From Candidatus Kapaibacterium sp. (GTDB taxonomy: Bacteria > Bacteroidota > Ignavibacteria > Kapaibacteriales > NICIL-2): a stretch of 64,000 nt of DNA. This document shows positions 1-9,588 of the stretch, piece by piece. The translations under genes were made by a program, and so were the position numbers. The stretch lies in NCBI GenBank assembly GCA_025055755.1, contig JANWWF010000004.1:810-64809 (forward strand), read 5' to 3'. Within the stretch, counting starts at the first letter, position 1; every line of letters starts with the position of its first letter. The notes under the pieces are model-generated. The model was given only the letters and a program-made list of their open reading frames with translations, was not told the origin of the DNA and made no database searches.

Positions 1-1333
1 GCTCCATCTGCTGCACAAGTGTGTGAAGACGTTCTGCATCTGGATTGTACCGGAGCAGCTGACGGAGATACTCCACAAGCGCTGCCATACGCTCCGCATC
101 ATCATTGCGATGGAACTGCTCAAACTCTTCAAGGAGAGCACGCGCAATACGCTCCAGCCAAGCACGTTGTTCGACACTAAGCTGAAATATTACCGCCGGA
201 TCAATATCATCGAGTTCGACGAAGACTTCCGAAAGCTGTTCAATATCGCTCCCAAAGTGCTCCGTTGCATAGTGGGCAACCTTATGGGCAAGTTCCCCGA
301 TTAGCCGATCGAGCACACCAATATCGTGGGCAAGCATAGAACGACGCGCCGTAGTACTTGCCAGTTGTAACTGATGCTCCAATTGGCGGCGACGCTCTTG
401 GAGCTCCAACAGTCGCCGCGCGTCTGGAGTACCAAGTTTCCGGGCGTAGTACTCGACCATTGCAGGGTCAGGAACAATGCGCTCGTGACCGATTTTTACC
501 GCGTGGAGACGAATGCTTGTCCCCATCTTCTCTCGCAATCGCTCGATATCTAAATGCGCTGCACCATCGGTGATCACCAGAATCTCTGCATCACTCAAGC
601 TCTGGTGCTGCTGAATATCTTCGATTGCAGTCTCGATTGCCTCCTGGAGATTAGTCCCACGCCCGTGCGCTTCGAGCAAGAGGAGCATGCGCAAAAGCTG
701 GCGATACGACGGCACATCCTCCGCACTGAGCCGTGCTCCCACATGTTCGGCAAAGGTTCGAAAGTAGATTGTTCCTAACTCCTGCAGATTCCGCTCCAGA
801 AACACGTAGGCAATCGCCTTTGCCAGCGCAATGCGCCACCGCGTATTCATTGAACGCGACACGTCAAACAGCACATACACCTTTTGCTTCCGCGGATCTG
901 GTGCAAAGGTGTCACTTGCTGTGGGAAAACGATACAGCCGCGGAGGCACAGGGCGCGGCAGCCAGAGCGACCGCTCCGCCAGCCGTTGGTAGAACACCTC
1001 TTCCGGCAAAAGAAACTGGTAGGGATAAATCAGAGGAAGTTCGTGAAAGTGGCGTATCAAATCTGCTTCGTATTCTTCCGCAGCAACCGTCGGCAGGGGC
1101 GGTGCTGTCTCTTGTTCTCTTTGGTCAGTGCGCGCAAGAAGCGGTGCAAGACGCTGCCCCAGTGCTGTCTGGCTGGATGCAATAACTCGCGCAATTGCAA
1201 ATACAACCCACAAATGCTCTGGCAAACGTGCTGCCAACTCGGTGCCGATAAGCCCTGCCAGCTCGAATTCTGCAAAAAGGGGCTCTTCTTCAATCAGTGC
1301 TCGCTGGCTGCGAAGGTGGTCCTCATGTGCCAT
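1..1333 (-). CDS. VWA (von Willebrand A) domain protein, ViaA/YehP-like; 3' end runs off the window
   Basis: Not in the ORF track; translated by hand from ATG at 1333 (MAHEDHLRSQ...) with the frame open to base 1 (444 codons). MIDAS motifs VYVLFDVSRSM, GRGTNLQEAI, ILVITDG and HAVKIG are present. Starts 3 bp after the USP stop. Confidence 0.85.
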   Translation of the reverse strand, partial: MAHEDHLRSQRALIEEEPLFAEFELAGLIGTELAARLPEHLWVVFAIARVIASSQTALGQRLAPLLARTDQREQETAPPLPTVAAEEYEADLIRHFHELPLIYPYQFLLPEEVFYQRLAERSLWLPRPVPPRLYRFPTASDTFAPDPRKQKVYVLFDVSRSMNTRWRIALAKAIAYVFLERNLQELGTIYFRTFAEHVGARLSAEDVPSYRQLLRMLLLLEAHGRGTNLQEAIETAIEDIQQHQSLSDAEILVITDGAAHLDIERLREKMGTSIRLHAVKIGHERIVPDPAMVEYYARKLGTPDARRLLELQERRRQLEHQLQLASTTARRSMLAHDIGVLDRLIGELAHKVAHYATEHFGSDIEQLSEVFVELDDIDPAVIFQLSVEQRAWLERIARALLEEFEQFHRNDDAERMAALVEYLRQLLRYNPDAERLHTLVQQME

Positions 1334-1336
1334 CGT

Positions 1337-1771
1337 CTATGGGGCATGAGGGACAACAATCACTGGCACGGAAGAATGCCGCAGAATGTACTCGGAAACA
1401 CTCCCTTCGACTAAGCGGGCAATCCCTTTACGTCCGTGCGTACCGACAACAATTGCATCAGCACCAACGTGGTCAGCAGCCCGCAGAATCTCGTGCTTTG
1501 GCTCTCCCTCGATGAGCATCGTGCGGAGTGGTACATCACCGACCTCCGCTTTGGCCTGTTCCAATGCCTGTTCAGCTTCCCTACGTACAACCATGCGTGC
1601 TTCTTCAATACCAATACCTGCGTCAATGTCACCGATGGCTTTCGTTCGATCAATGACACTGATTAAGACGATCTCTGCACCGAGCCGACGTGCAAGTTCC
1701 CCCGCTACTCGTGCTGCAGAAAGAGAAGGTAACGAGGTATCAACACCGACCGCAAGAATCCTCCATGGCAT
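1337..1771 (-). CDS. Universal stress protein (UspA family)
   Basis: RILAVGVDTS N-terminus and the ADAIVVGTHGRKGIARLVEGSVSEYILRHSSVPVIVV signature. Confidence 0.95.
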   Translation of the reverse strand: MPWRILAVGVDTSLPSLSAARVAGELARRLGAEIVLISVIDRTKAIGDIDAGIGIEEARMVVRREAEQALEQAKAEVGDVPLRTMLIEGEPKHEILRAADHVGADAIVVGTHGRKGIARLVEGSVSEYILRHSSVPVIVVPHAP

Positions 1772-1789
1772 TGCTCCATCCTCCGATTG

Positions 1790-2161
1790 TTATCGTGTAA
1801 GGGCAAGTCCCGTCACTGTTGCAAGAAGCGCCAGCAAAGTCGTGCTCACGACGTACAACGCCAGCATTGCGTATTGTCCTGCCTCTATCATTTCTACTGC
1901 TTCGTACATCAGTGATGAATACGTGGTAAAACCGCCGCAAAAACCTGTCGCAAGGAGTAATCGCCATTCAAGCGATAGAAAGCCCAATCGTCCAGCTGCA
2001 CCCAAAATAAGCCCAATCAAAAAACACCCAGCAATGTTGACGGTAAAAGTTCCAAAGGGGAACCCTATCGGCAACCGTTGGGAAAACCACACTGCAACCA
2101 GATAGCGGGCAATGCTGCCAACCATGCCACCAACGCCAACCAGCAGGATATTCCGGAGCAT
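1790..2161 (-). CDS. crcB: Fluoride efflux channel Fluc/CrcB
   Basis: 123 aa, 4 TM, motifs GGMVGSIARY, FPFGTFTVN, GFCGGFTTYS. Confidence 0.97.
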   Translation of the reverse strand: MLRNILLVGVGGMVGSIARYLVAVWFSQRLPIGFPFGTFTVNIAGCFLIGLILGAAGRLGFLSLEWRLLLATGFCGGFTTYSSLMYEAVEMIEAGQYAMLALYVVSTTLLALLATVTGLALTR

Positions 2162-2245
2162 TAGACTGACACACTATGCAACCACGCTAAAAAAATACGG
2201 CGCATCTCCTTGCATCTGTACCAGCACGTCGGCAAGACAGTGACG

Positions 2246-2533
2246 CTACAATCGCGTGATGCGCGTAATCAGGCAATCCATGTTGTCAACAATTATGCTG
2301 TCGCCAGGACAAATAAACGTCTTGGTAAAACGAATCTGAGAAGTGCTCAACACAATACATCCCGCCACCTGAATTACTGCGTAGGCTCTACTGCCAACAT
2401 ACAGCACGATTGTGCGTGAGTCGAGATATTTCCACCCGCTTACGCCAATTACGTCCACACAGGTAGCCCACAGTGTGCCGCTGCTCGCGAGCAATGCAAC
2501 ACCAAGGAGAAGGATTCGAGCAAGCCGGACCAT
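2246..2533 (-). CDS. Small secreted 4-Cys beta protein (DUF6491-like)
   Basis: Likely start MVRLARILLL (signal peptide). Mature part C..WKYLDSRTIVL..C..IC.GD.I....C.ITRI resembles DUF6491 from memory. Confidence 0.6.
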   Translation of the reverse strand: MVRLARILLLGVALLASSGTLWATCVDVIGVSGWKYLDSRTIVLYVGSRAYAVIQVAGCIVLSTSQIRFTKTFICPGDSIIVDNMDCLITRITRL

Positions 2534-2672
2534 AGTACACTCCATTGAAGGTGAAACATCCCAGCTCCGACGAGCCATTCAAGAAACAACAGGAGAATGC
2601 ACTTAGTGCACGTGGCGGGCGAAAAAGAAGGTTCTTTTCTCTCCCCAGCAGTGGAAAGGGATCTCCTTCTGC

Positions 2673-3356
2673 CTATGAAATGGGACGGTCGCTCGAGGGC
2701 GGAGAAAAGTCTGCTGCATGAACGGGGATGCTGATTATTTCGAGGACGGTCCCCTCTGCATCAAGTCGAAGTGCACTCAGCTTGTGCCCTCGCCGCGCAT
2801 TGGTATCAATACGCCAGCAGTGTTCCAGACGGCTATATGTTGGCTCCTCGACAGGGACATGCCCGACGACTTGCAGTTTGCCAATGTGCTGGAGTGGTCC
2901 GCGGTACCACACTACCCCCGCTGGATTGCGAGGATTGTAGGGATCATCGGTTGGACCAACACCAGCATGAGAGATAAACACTGCATTGTTTTCCCAGAAC
3001 AGAGGCATTGTGTTGAACCACTCTACATCGTTTGCCAGTGAAAACCCACGGCGTGCGTATGCATGGAGCATCTGGCTTCCCCCCTGGCGAAGCCATTGGT
3101 TTGGCATTTGTCGCTCAAAGTATTCGACGACCTGCTGCTCGTGGTTGCCACGTAAAAACACTACCTGCCCCGGATATTGCTGTTCCAGCCGGCGAGCCAG
3201 TGCCACAACCTCCGGAGAGTAATTCCCACCGACGACAAGATCCCCCACCTGCACAAGCATCTCGCGCTCGGTGTTCCACCGCTTGAGGACATCTACAAAC
3301 GTATGCAGACATCCATGCACGTCACCAACAACGAATATGCCTGTTCCCATTGCCAT
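2673..3356 (-). CDS. Calcineurin-like metallophosphoesterase (PPP/PphA-like) with a variant motif II
   Basis: GDVHG, GDLVVGG (canonical GDxVDRG), RGNHE, HAG, GHVP, IDTNA. Confidence 0.9.
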   Translation of the reverse strand: MAMGTGIFVVGDVHGCLHTFVDVLKRWNTEREMLVQVGDLVVGGNYSPEVVALARRLEQQYPGQVVFLRGNHEQQVVEYFERQMPNQWLRQGGSQMLHAYARRGFSLANDVEWFNTMPLFWENNAVFISHAGVGPTDDPYNPRNPAGVVWYRGPLQHIGKLQVVGHVPVEEPTYSRLEHCWRIDTNARRGHKLSALRLDAEGTVLEIISIPVHAADFSPPSSDRPIS

Positions 3357-3406
3357 CAGGAGCTACGGCATAAGAAGATATTCCTCTGGTCATCACCAGC
3401 CAAGAC

Positions 3407-4873
3407 TCAATATGCACAAGCAAATAGCACACGTCGGTGCGATGGTTTACCGGTCAGAACACACCGTCCCGCTTCAGCAGGACTATCGAGCGGAATACAG
3501 CGGATGGTTGCCTTAGTCAGTTCTTTGATGCGTGCTTCTGTTTCCGCTGTTCCATCCCAATGCGCAAGGATAAATCCTCCCCGCTCCTCGATGATGCGTT
3601 GAAAATCGTCGAAGCTGTCCACCACATGCGTGTTCTCGCGAACAAAGCGTCGTGCCCGTTGCAAGAGATTGTGCTGAATTTCCTCCAGCAGTGCTTGCAC
3701 GTGTTCGACGATTGTTTCCCGTCGAATAGTGACCTTTTCCTTCGTATCGCGGCGTGCAACCTCGACAGTTCCTTGCTCGACATCACGCCTACCGATCGCA
3801 ATGCGAATGGGAATCCCGCGTAACTCGTACTCGGCAAACTTAAATCCCGCACGCTTGGTATCATCCGTATCGACGTGGACGCGGACACCTGCCGTCTGCA
3901 GCTTCTCGGCAATTTCCCGCGCTACGCTCATCTGGGGCTCTTCCACTGTTGGGATAGTGACAAACACGACCTGAATAGGTGCCAGCCGTGGCGGCAGCAC
4001 TAAGCCATCATCGTCGGAGTGTGTCATGACAAGTGCCCCAATGAGGCGCGTCGAAACACCCCAGGACGTTGCCCACACGTACTGGCGTTGATTGTTTCGA
4101 TCGAGGAACGTCACATCAAATGCCTTTGCGAAATTTTGTCCAAGAAAATGAGACGTCCCTGCCTGGAGCGCTTTGCCATCTTGCATAAGGGCTTCAATGC
4201 AGTAGGTTTCCTCTGCACCGGCAAAACGTTCCGATGGCGTCTTGATGCCTCGCACAACGGGCATCGCCATGTACTCTTCGGCAAAGCGTGCGTAGATGTC
4301 AAGCATGCGCTCAGCTTCGGCAATCGCTTCTTCCCGTGTTGCATGAGCAGTGTGCCCTTCTTGCCAGAGGAATTCTGCTGTGCGTAAAAATGGGCGAGTG
4401 CGCATCTCCCACCGAACAACATTTGCCCACTGGTTGATGAGGAGCGGAAGATCGCGGTAGCTTTGAATCCAATCCCGATAGGTATGCCAAATGATTGTCT
4501 CCGACGTTGGGCGGACAATAAGCTCTTCTTCCAGCTTGGCATCGGGATCGACAACAACACCACTTCCATCCTCGGCAAGCTTGAGCCGGTGGTGTGTCAC
4601 GACTGCACATTCTTTTGCAAAACCTTCGACATGCTGCGCTTCGCGGCTAAGGAAGCTTTTGGGAATAAACAGAGGGAAGTATGCATTGACATGCCCTGTT
4701 TCCTTGAACATGCGGTCGAGAACTGCACGCATATTTTCCCACAGCGCATATCCTAAGGGCTTGATAATCATGCACCCGCGAACTGCAGAATAGTCGGCAA
4801 GCCCACTGTGAATGACCAAATCATTGTACCACTGCGCATAATCTACATGCCGGGGAGTAATCACCTTTGCCAT
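3407..4873 (-). CDS. proS: Proline--tRNA ligase (archaeal/eukaryotic type)
   Basis: Start MAKVITPR; [46 protein letters not shown]-terminal ATIRCIP...FACAY. Confidence 0.98.
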   Translation of the reverse strand: MAKVITPRHVDYAQWYNDLVIHSGLADYSAVRGCMIIKPLGYALWENMRAVLDRMFKETGHVNAYFPLFIPKSFLSREAQHVEGFAKECAVVTHHRLKLAEDGSGVVVDPDAKLEEELIVRPTSETIIWHTYRDWIQSYRDLPLLINQWANVVRWEMRTRPFLRTAEFLWQEGHTAHATREEAIAEAERMLDIYARFAEEYMAMPVVRGIKTPSERFAGAEETYCIEALMQDGKALQAGTSHFLGQNFAKAFDVTFLDRNNQRQYVWATSWGVSTRLIGALVMTHSDDDGLVLPPRLAPIQVVFVTIPTVEEPQMSVAREIAEKLQTAGVRVHVDTDDTKRAGFKFAEYELRGIPIRIAIGRRDVEQGTVEVARRDTKEKVTIRRETIVEHVQALLEEIQHNLLQRARRFVRENTHVVDSFDDFQRIIEERGGFILAHWDGTAETEARIKELTKATIRCIPLDSPAEAGRCVLTGKPSHRRVLFACAY

Positions 4874-4913
4874 GGTGCCAAAGCGTGTGCAAATGAAAAC
4901 ACAAAACACAAAA

Positions 4914-5897
4914 CTACTGCCGCAGGACCAGCAGTCGGATGCCGGCGCGGCGGAATGCCTCGACACAGGCACGCACTGCTGCCGTGCGGACTTCGAACAT
5001 CGCTTGCACATTGTGAGCAGAAACCCACACGTGCATCGCAACTCCTAACGAAGTTGTCTCTGCATAGCGCACCAATGGAGGTGGGTTGTCGATCAATCCC
5101 TCGACCTTCCCTGATGCAATCAGCTCCGCCAGTGCTTCCTGCACAATAGTTTCTGCCTGTTCGACCCCCTCACTGGGTTCGAGTAAGAACTCTAGCCGCA
5201 CGCGAATTGGTGACTCATCCGCACGGAAGACGGTCAGCACTGAACTGCTCATGCGCTGGTTTGGTACGATCAACACCGCATTGGTTGCTCGGCGGAGTAT
5301 TGTCGTTCGCCAGGTGATGTCTTCGATTGTGCCATCGAAGCCGTCGAATTGGACGTAGTCTCCCACTTTGAACTTGCCCGTCAGCAGGATGTACAATCCC
5401 GCAAAAAAGTTTGCCAACGTCTCCTGCAATGCCAAACCGATAATCAAACTGCCTGCACCGAGGGCTGCTACCATGCCGGTGATATTGACCCCCACTGCAT
5501 CGAGAATGATGATAGCAGCAAGCACATACACGATGGCAGCAACGATGGTTTGAACAAACGAGGCAGCCAGCGTTGCTGCCCCTTCTTTCCCAACATTCCC
5601 GCTGATAAGTTCACGCGCCAGTCGGACCGCCACTATAGCACTGACCACCGCAAGCACAGCAGTGGTCAGAGCCTGCTGCCACTTTGGCGGCAGAATTGAT
5701 ATGTCAACAAGCGGCGCAAGGGCTATCGCTGCTCCAGCAGCACCATACATCAGCGCAGCTCGCTCAAGGACGCGGAGAATGCGGGGTGCCAGCCGACCAG
5801 TGCGACGTTCTACAGCTCGGCGAACTGCCGCCAGCACTTGCCATACCACTGCTCCCAGCGCTAATGCTATGGCTGCGTTGACAAGATGTACCATCAT
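4914..5897 (-). CDS. Small-conductance mechanosensitive channel (MscS family)
   Basis: [39 protein letters not shown]. Confidence 0.93.
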   Translation of the reverse strand: MMVHLVNAAIALALGAVVWQVLAAVRRAVERRTGRLAPRILRVLERAALMYGAAGAAIALAPLVDISILPPKWQQALTTAVLAVVSAIVAVRLARELISGNVGKEGAATLAASFVQTIVAAIVYVLAAIIILDAVGVNITGMVAALGAGSLIIGLALQETLANFFAGLYILLTGKFKVGDYVQFDGFDGTIEDITWRTTILRRATNAVLIVPNQRMSSSVLTVFRADESPIRVRLEFLLEPSEGVEQAETIVQEALAELIASGKVEGLIDNPPPLVRYAETTSLGVAMHVWVSAHNVQAMFEVRTAAVRACVEAFRRAGIRLLVLRQ

Positions 5898-6607
5898 GAC
5901 TCAGGGGCAGAGGAACGAGGTGGAGACTGATCCGTATCTGGGCGAGCTGTAAGCTGCTCGAAAAGCTCCAACAGGCGCCGCATGCCGCCTGCAGGAAGGG
6001 TATCCATCTGTTGAGCAAAGTCTTCTGCACGCCGACGGAACAGTTCGTCTATCTCGCGGGGCTTGGGTAAATCATCCAGCGATGCTAACCCAAACGTGCG
6101 TAAGAATTCATCGGTCGTCTCGTAGAGCAATGGCTTACCGAGCGTTGGGCTCCTACCCGCAATGCGAAGGAGTCCCCGTTCGAGCAAGGTAGCAAGCGCC
6201 TCGCTGGAGTTAACTCCTCGAATAGCATCAATTTCACTTTTGGTAACTGGCTGCTTGTAAGCAACGATGGCAAGCACTTCGAGCGCAGCCCGGGAAAGAC
6301 GTCGCTGCTCCTTGCGTTGGAGATATTCGGCCACCAATGCTCCGTATTCAGGCAAGGTAGCAAACTGCCAGCCTCCCGCTACAGCAACAATTCGGTAGGG
6401 GCGATCGGTAGCTTCCAGCTCCGCATTGATGTCCGCAATACGCTGGTGCACGATTGCTGCAAGTTCGGCTTCATCGGAGCAGTGAAAAAGGGAGCCCAGT
6501 TGTGCCAGCGTCACAGGCTGGTCGCTGGCGAAAATCAGTGTTTCGAGAATCCGGCATTGTCGCTGCCGGGACAGCTCTAAAAATGGTAGGTCGAAGGGCA
6601 AATTCAT
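5894..6607 (-). CDS. scpB: SMC-Scp complex subunit ScpB
   Basis: LETLIFASDQP, LSRAALEVLAIVAYKQPVTKSEIDAIRGV, GKPLLYETTDEFLRTFGL. Confidence 0.97.
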   Translation of the reverse strand: MNLPFDLPFLELSRQRQCRILETLIFASDQPVTLAQLGSLFHCSDEAELAAIVHQRIADINAELEATDRPYRIVAVAGGWQFATLPEYGALVAEYLQRKEQRRLSRAALEVLAIVAYKQPVTKSEIDAIRGVNSSEALATLLERGLLRIAGRSPTLGKPLLYETTDEFLRTFGLASLDDLPKPREIDELFRRRAEDFAQQMDTLPAGGMRRLLELFEQLTARPDTDQSPPRSSAPES

Positions 6608-7341
6608 AGAACCGATGCTTCCGCTGATTGTGCTACTGTAGTTGCTTCGACGATAATATCACCGTCACTTCCCTGCCGCAGCCGCACCACGCCATTTTTG
6701 CACAGCTCCAGCATTGCTAGAAATGTCGCAACTACATAGGCACGCGAGCGCTGGCGCGTAAAGGCTGCAAAGGACAGAAACGGCTGTTCTGCCAGGGCTG
6801 CAACAAGAGCAGCAGCCTGTTCTTCCACACTGTACTGTTCACGAGTGAGCTGGTGAAAAACCTGCTGCTGTTGACCGCTGCGCCGTAGCGCATCGTACAA
6901 TGCGCTAAGCAAATCAAAAAGCGTAGCATTACGGTACTCTATCTGGGCTGGTGGCGGTTGGGCAGCTAACATGCTGCGGTAGAAGACATACCGTTGTTGC
7001 TCATAGCGGCTGCCCAATTCGTCCGCGACGTCGCGATAGCGGCTATACTCGATAAGCTGATGCACCAGTTCGGTGCGGGGATCTTCGGCTGGTGCTGGAG
7101 TGTCTTCACTTTGCGGACGGGGCAAGAGCATACGCGCTTTGATTTGGAGAAGTGTTGCTGCCATGACAAGAAATTCCCCCGCCAGCTCCAAATCGAGAAG
7201 CTCCATTAAGCGCACGTATGCGAGAAATTCCTCGGTGATACGTGCGATGGGAATATCGTAAATGTCCAACTCGTCCCGACGGACAAAGTAGAGCAATAGC
7301 TCGAGCGGACCTTCAAAGTTCGGTAGCCGAACTGTGTACAT
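6604..7341 (-). CDS. scpA: Segregation and condensation protein ScpA
   Basis: FEGPLELLL, ELAGEFLVMAATLLQIKARMLLP, TFLAMLEL; 4-bp overlap with scpB. Confidence 0.97.
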   Translation of the reverse strand: MYTVRLPNFEGPLELLLYFVRRDELDIYDIPIARITEEFLAYVRLMELLDLELAGEFLVMAATLLQIKARMLLPRPQSEDTPAPAEDPRTELVHQLIEYSRYRDVADELGSRYEQQRYVFYRSMLAAQPPPAQIEYRNATLFDLLSALYDALRRSGQQQQVFHQLTREQYSVEEQAAALVAALAEQPFLSFAAFTRQRSRAYVVATFLAMLELCKNGVVRLRQGSDGDIIVEATTVAQSAEASVL

Positions 7342-7373
7342 CTATGAAGTCTCTTCGCTACTTTCGAACGCAG

Positions 7374-7381
7374 CAAATATA
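7374..7381 (-). promoter_or_regulatory. Bacteroidota-type -7 promoter element (TATATTTG) for the scpAB-mscS-proS run
   Basis: Exact TAnnTTTG match about 30 bp upstream of the scpA start. Confidence 0.6.
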
Positions 7382-7468
7382 CTTGCCACAGGTGAGCGTG
7401 TTTTCATGCTCTGTTCATCGAAAGTGTCGCAATTTTGTGCGTGCTATTGTTGCCCTTTGCCTATCCCG

Positions 7469-8605
7469 ATGCAGCACCGAGCTTCGACGGAGCGACTTGC
7501 CGAATTGGACGCCGCTAAGTTTCTTGCCATGGTGGCAATGGTCACCGGGCACGTGCTCGATGCCCTGGTGCGAAGCGACCAATTAGACATAAACCGCTTT
7601 CCATGGTCGCTTTGGCATTGGTGGCGCGGGATCACCGCCCCGATATTTCTGACCATCTCGGGAATCTTGTTTGCCCTGACAATGCAGAGAAACAAGCAAG
7701 GTGTCATCGAAGCGGGCATCCTACGGCGGCGTGTTCTCCGAGCTGCGCAGTTGCTTGCTATTGGCTATCTGCTGGTTTTCCCGGCTAACCGCATTTTCGA
7801 TTTACCGTTTGTCGAAGATCAAGTCCTGCAAGCGTTTTTCCAAGTAAACATTCTCCAGTTGGTAGCGGTAAGTTTGCTTCTTTTGGTCGTGATCGCCCTG
7901 CTTTTCCCAAATCCTGGGGCATTTCGCTACGCTACACTGGGAACAGGCATCGGCATAAGTCTTCTGACGCCTTTTGTGCACAGCATCCCGTGGTACGAGC
8001 AGATTCCCGCTCCCCTTGCTGCTTACGTCAGCTATGAGGGCGGTTCACTGTTCCCCATTTTTCCGTTCTCTGCTTACATGGCGCTTGGTGCCTGGATAGG
8101 AACTCTCTTGGTAGATGTGAAAACCAGCCGCGTCGTGTGGCTACGCCGATTCTGCTTTGCTGCAGGCGGAGCGTTAGTCGTGGGTGGAGCCGCAATGAGC
8201 CTCCTCCTTTCTCTGCCCCAAGTGGACCTCTACCGATACACGCCGATGGGAGTGGCAATTCGCCAGGGTACTGCTCTTCTTTTCATTGGGGGAGTTTCGT
8301 TGCTGATGCCTTTGCTCCGGAGTGTCCAGTCCTTGCTGGCACTTTTCGGCAAGCAGGCACTGACGATATACGTTCTCCACCTGGTGCTGCTTTTTGGCAC
8401 TCCCTGGTTTTCCAGTATCGGGCGATGGTATCCGAAAGCCTTGTCGCTGGAAGAAGGCATCGCAGCAGCGGGAGTAATTCTTGGGATCACGCTGGGAAGT
8501 GTACTTGCGTACCAGTGGATCCGCCCCCTTCTGGTGCGTCCCCCTGTGCTTCGCCTGGTACGGATTGGAGTCGCTGGTGCTATTGCCTACCTCCTGCTGG
8601 CGTAG
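7469..8605 (+). CDS. Membrane acyltransferase-like protein (DUF1624/HGSNAT catalytic domain)
   Basis: Likely start MQHRAS; RLAELDAAK..MVTGH, APIFLTISG, VNILQ, FPIFPF, GKQALTIYVLH; about 10 TM. Confidence 0.8.
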   Translation: MQHRASTERLAELDAAKFLAMVAMVTGHVLDALVRSDQLDINRFPWSLWHWWRGITAPIFLTISGILFALTMQRNKQGVIEAGILRRRVLRAAQLLAIGYLLVFPANRIFDLPFVEDQVLQAFFQVNILQLVAVSLLLLVVIALLFPNPGAFRYATLGTGIGISLLTPFVHSIPWYEQIPAPLAAYVSYEGGSLFPIFPFSAYMALGAWIGTLLVDVKTSRVVWLRRFCFAAGGALVVGGAAMSLLLSLPQVDLYRYTPMGVAIRQGTALLFIGGVSLLMPLLRSVQSLLALFGKQALTIYVLHLVLLFGTPWFSSIGRWYPKALSLEEGIAAAGVILGITLGSVLAYQWIRPLLVRPPVLRLVRIGVAGAIAYLLLA

Positions 8606-8679
8606 AACACTACACAAAAAATCCTGCAATACCTAACTTCGTAGTGCAGCTTTTTTCACTGCTCCATGCGTAGCGCTTA

Positions 8680-9489
8680 ATGGACTCTCCGATCCGCATC
8701 CTTTTCATCGGCGACATTGTGGGCACTCCCACGTTGGAACGTTTGTGTGGCATGCTTGGGACACTCCGCACACAGTACGCCGCAGACCTTATCATCGCAA
8801 ATGCTGAAAATGTCTGCGATGGAAAAGGTCCGGGCAAAGCGGAAGCCGAGCAACTTTTTGCAGCAGGCGTAGATGTTATCACCACGGGCAACCACGTGTG
8901 GGAGAACTGGAAATCACGTCCGTTACTGGCGAGCAATCCGCGTGTGCTCCGTCCGCAGAATTATCCAGCGGGGAATCCAGGCAGTGGCGTTGTCATCGTG
9001 GAAACGCCGAAGGGGCCAGTTGGTGTGTTGCAAGTGCAAGGACGCGTGTATATGCCACCGATTGATTGCCCCTTCCGCACTGCTCAACGTGCTGTTGAAC
9101 AGTTACGCACGCGCACTTTGGTAATTGTGGTGGACTTCCATGCCGAAGCAACAGCAGAAAAAATTGCGCTGGCACGATATCTCGACGGGAGTGTGACAGC
9201 AGTGCTCGGTACACATACGCACGTGCAGACCAACGACGCCCGCATTCTCCCTAATGGCACGGCATTTGTGACAGATGTCGGTATGAGTGGCGCGTTCAAT
9301 TCGGTCATCGGCATGGCTACCGAGGTAGCGCTCCGCCGGTTTCTCTACCAAACCGCCCATAAGTTCGAGTTGGCAAGCGGAGACTGGCGAATTAGTGGTG
9401 CTGTCGTCACCGCTGATCCTTCGACGGGCAAAGCGCTCACCATCGAGACATTTTGCCTGCCGTGCCCAGAGCCGACAAGCACCGTGTAA
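8680..9489 (+). CDS. YmdB-like metallophosphoesterase (TIGR00282 family)
   Basis: RILFIGDIVG, ANAEN, TTGNH, VDFHAEATAEK, GTHTHVQTND, TDVGMSG. Confidence 0.95.
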   Translation: MDSPIRILFIGDIVGTPTLERLCGMLGTLRTQYAADLIIANAENVCDGKGPGKAEAEQLFAAGVDVITTGNHVWENWKSRPLLASNPRVLRPQNYPAGNPGSGVVIVETPKGPVGVLQVQGRVYMPPIDCPFRTAQRAVEQLRTRTLVIVVDFHAEATAEKIALARYLDGSVTAVLGTHTHVQTNDARILPNGTAFVTDVGMSGAFNSVIGMATEVALRRFLYQTAHKFELASGDWRISGAVVTADPSTGKALTIETFCLPCPEPTSTV

Positions 9490-9588
9490 GTACTGCATTT
9501 CTGTAGTCGCGTTGGTAGTACTGTCGCACGGGTGATCGGACTGACGCCCTTTCCCCTAAACACACCATTTACTGCAGGAGGCACTGCA

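Noticed and set aside
23-1414. Plus-strand ORFs of 60-176 aa in the first 1.4 kb
   Set aside because: Shadows of the minus-strand VWA gene, which has real motifs
2162-2245. Fluoride riboswitch upstream of crcB
   Set aside because: GGAGATG is present, but the pairing partner and the downstream AAC.GC...GCTRATGAC consensus are missing
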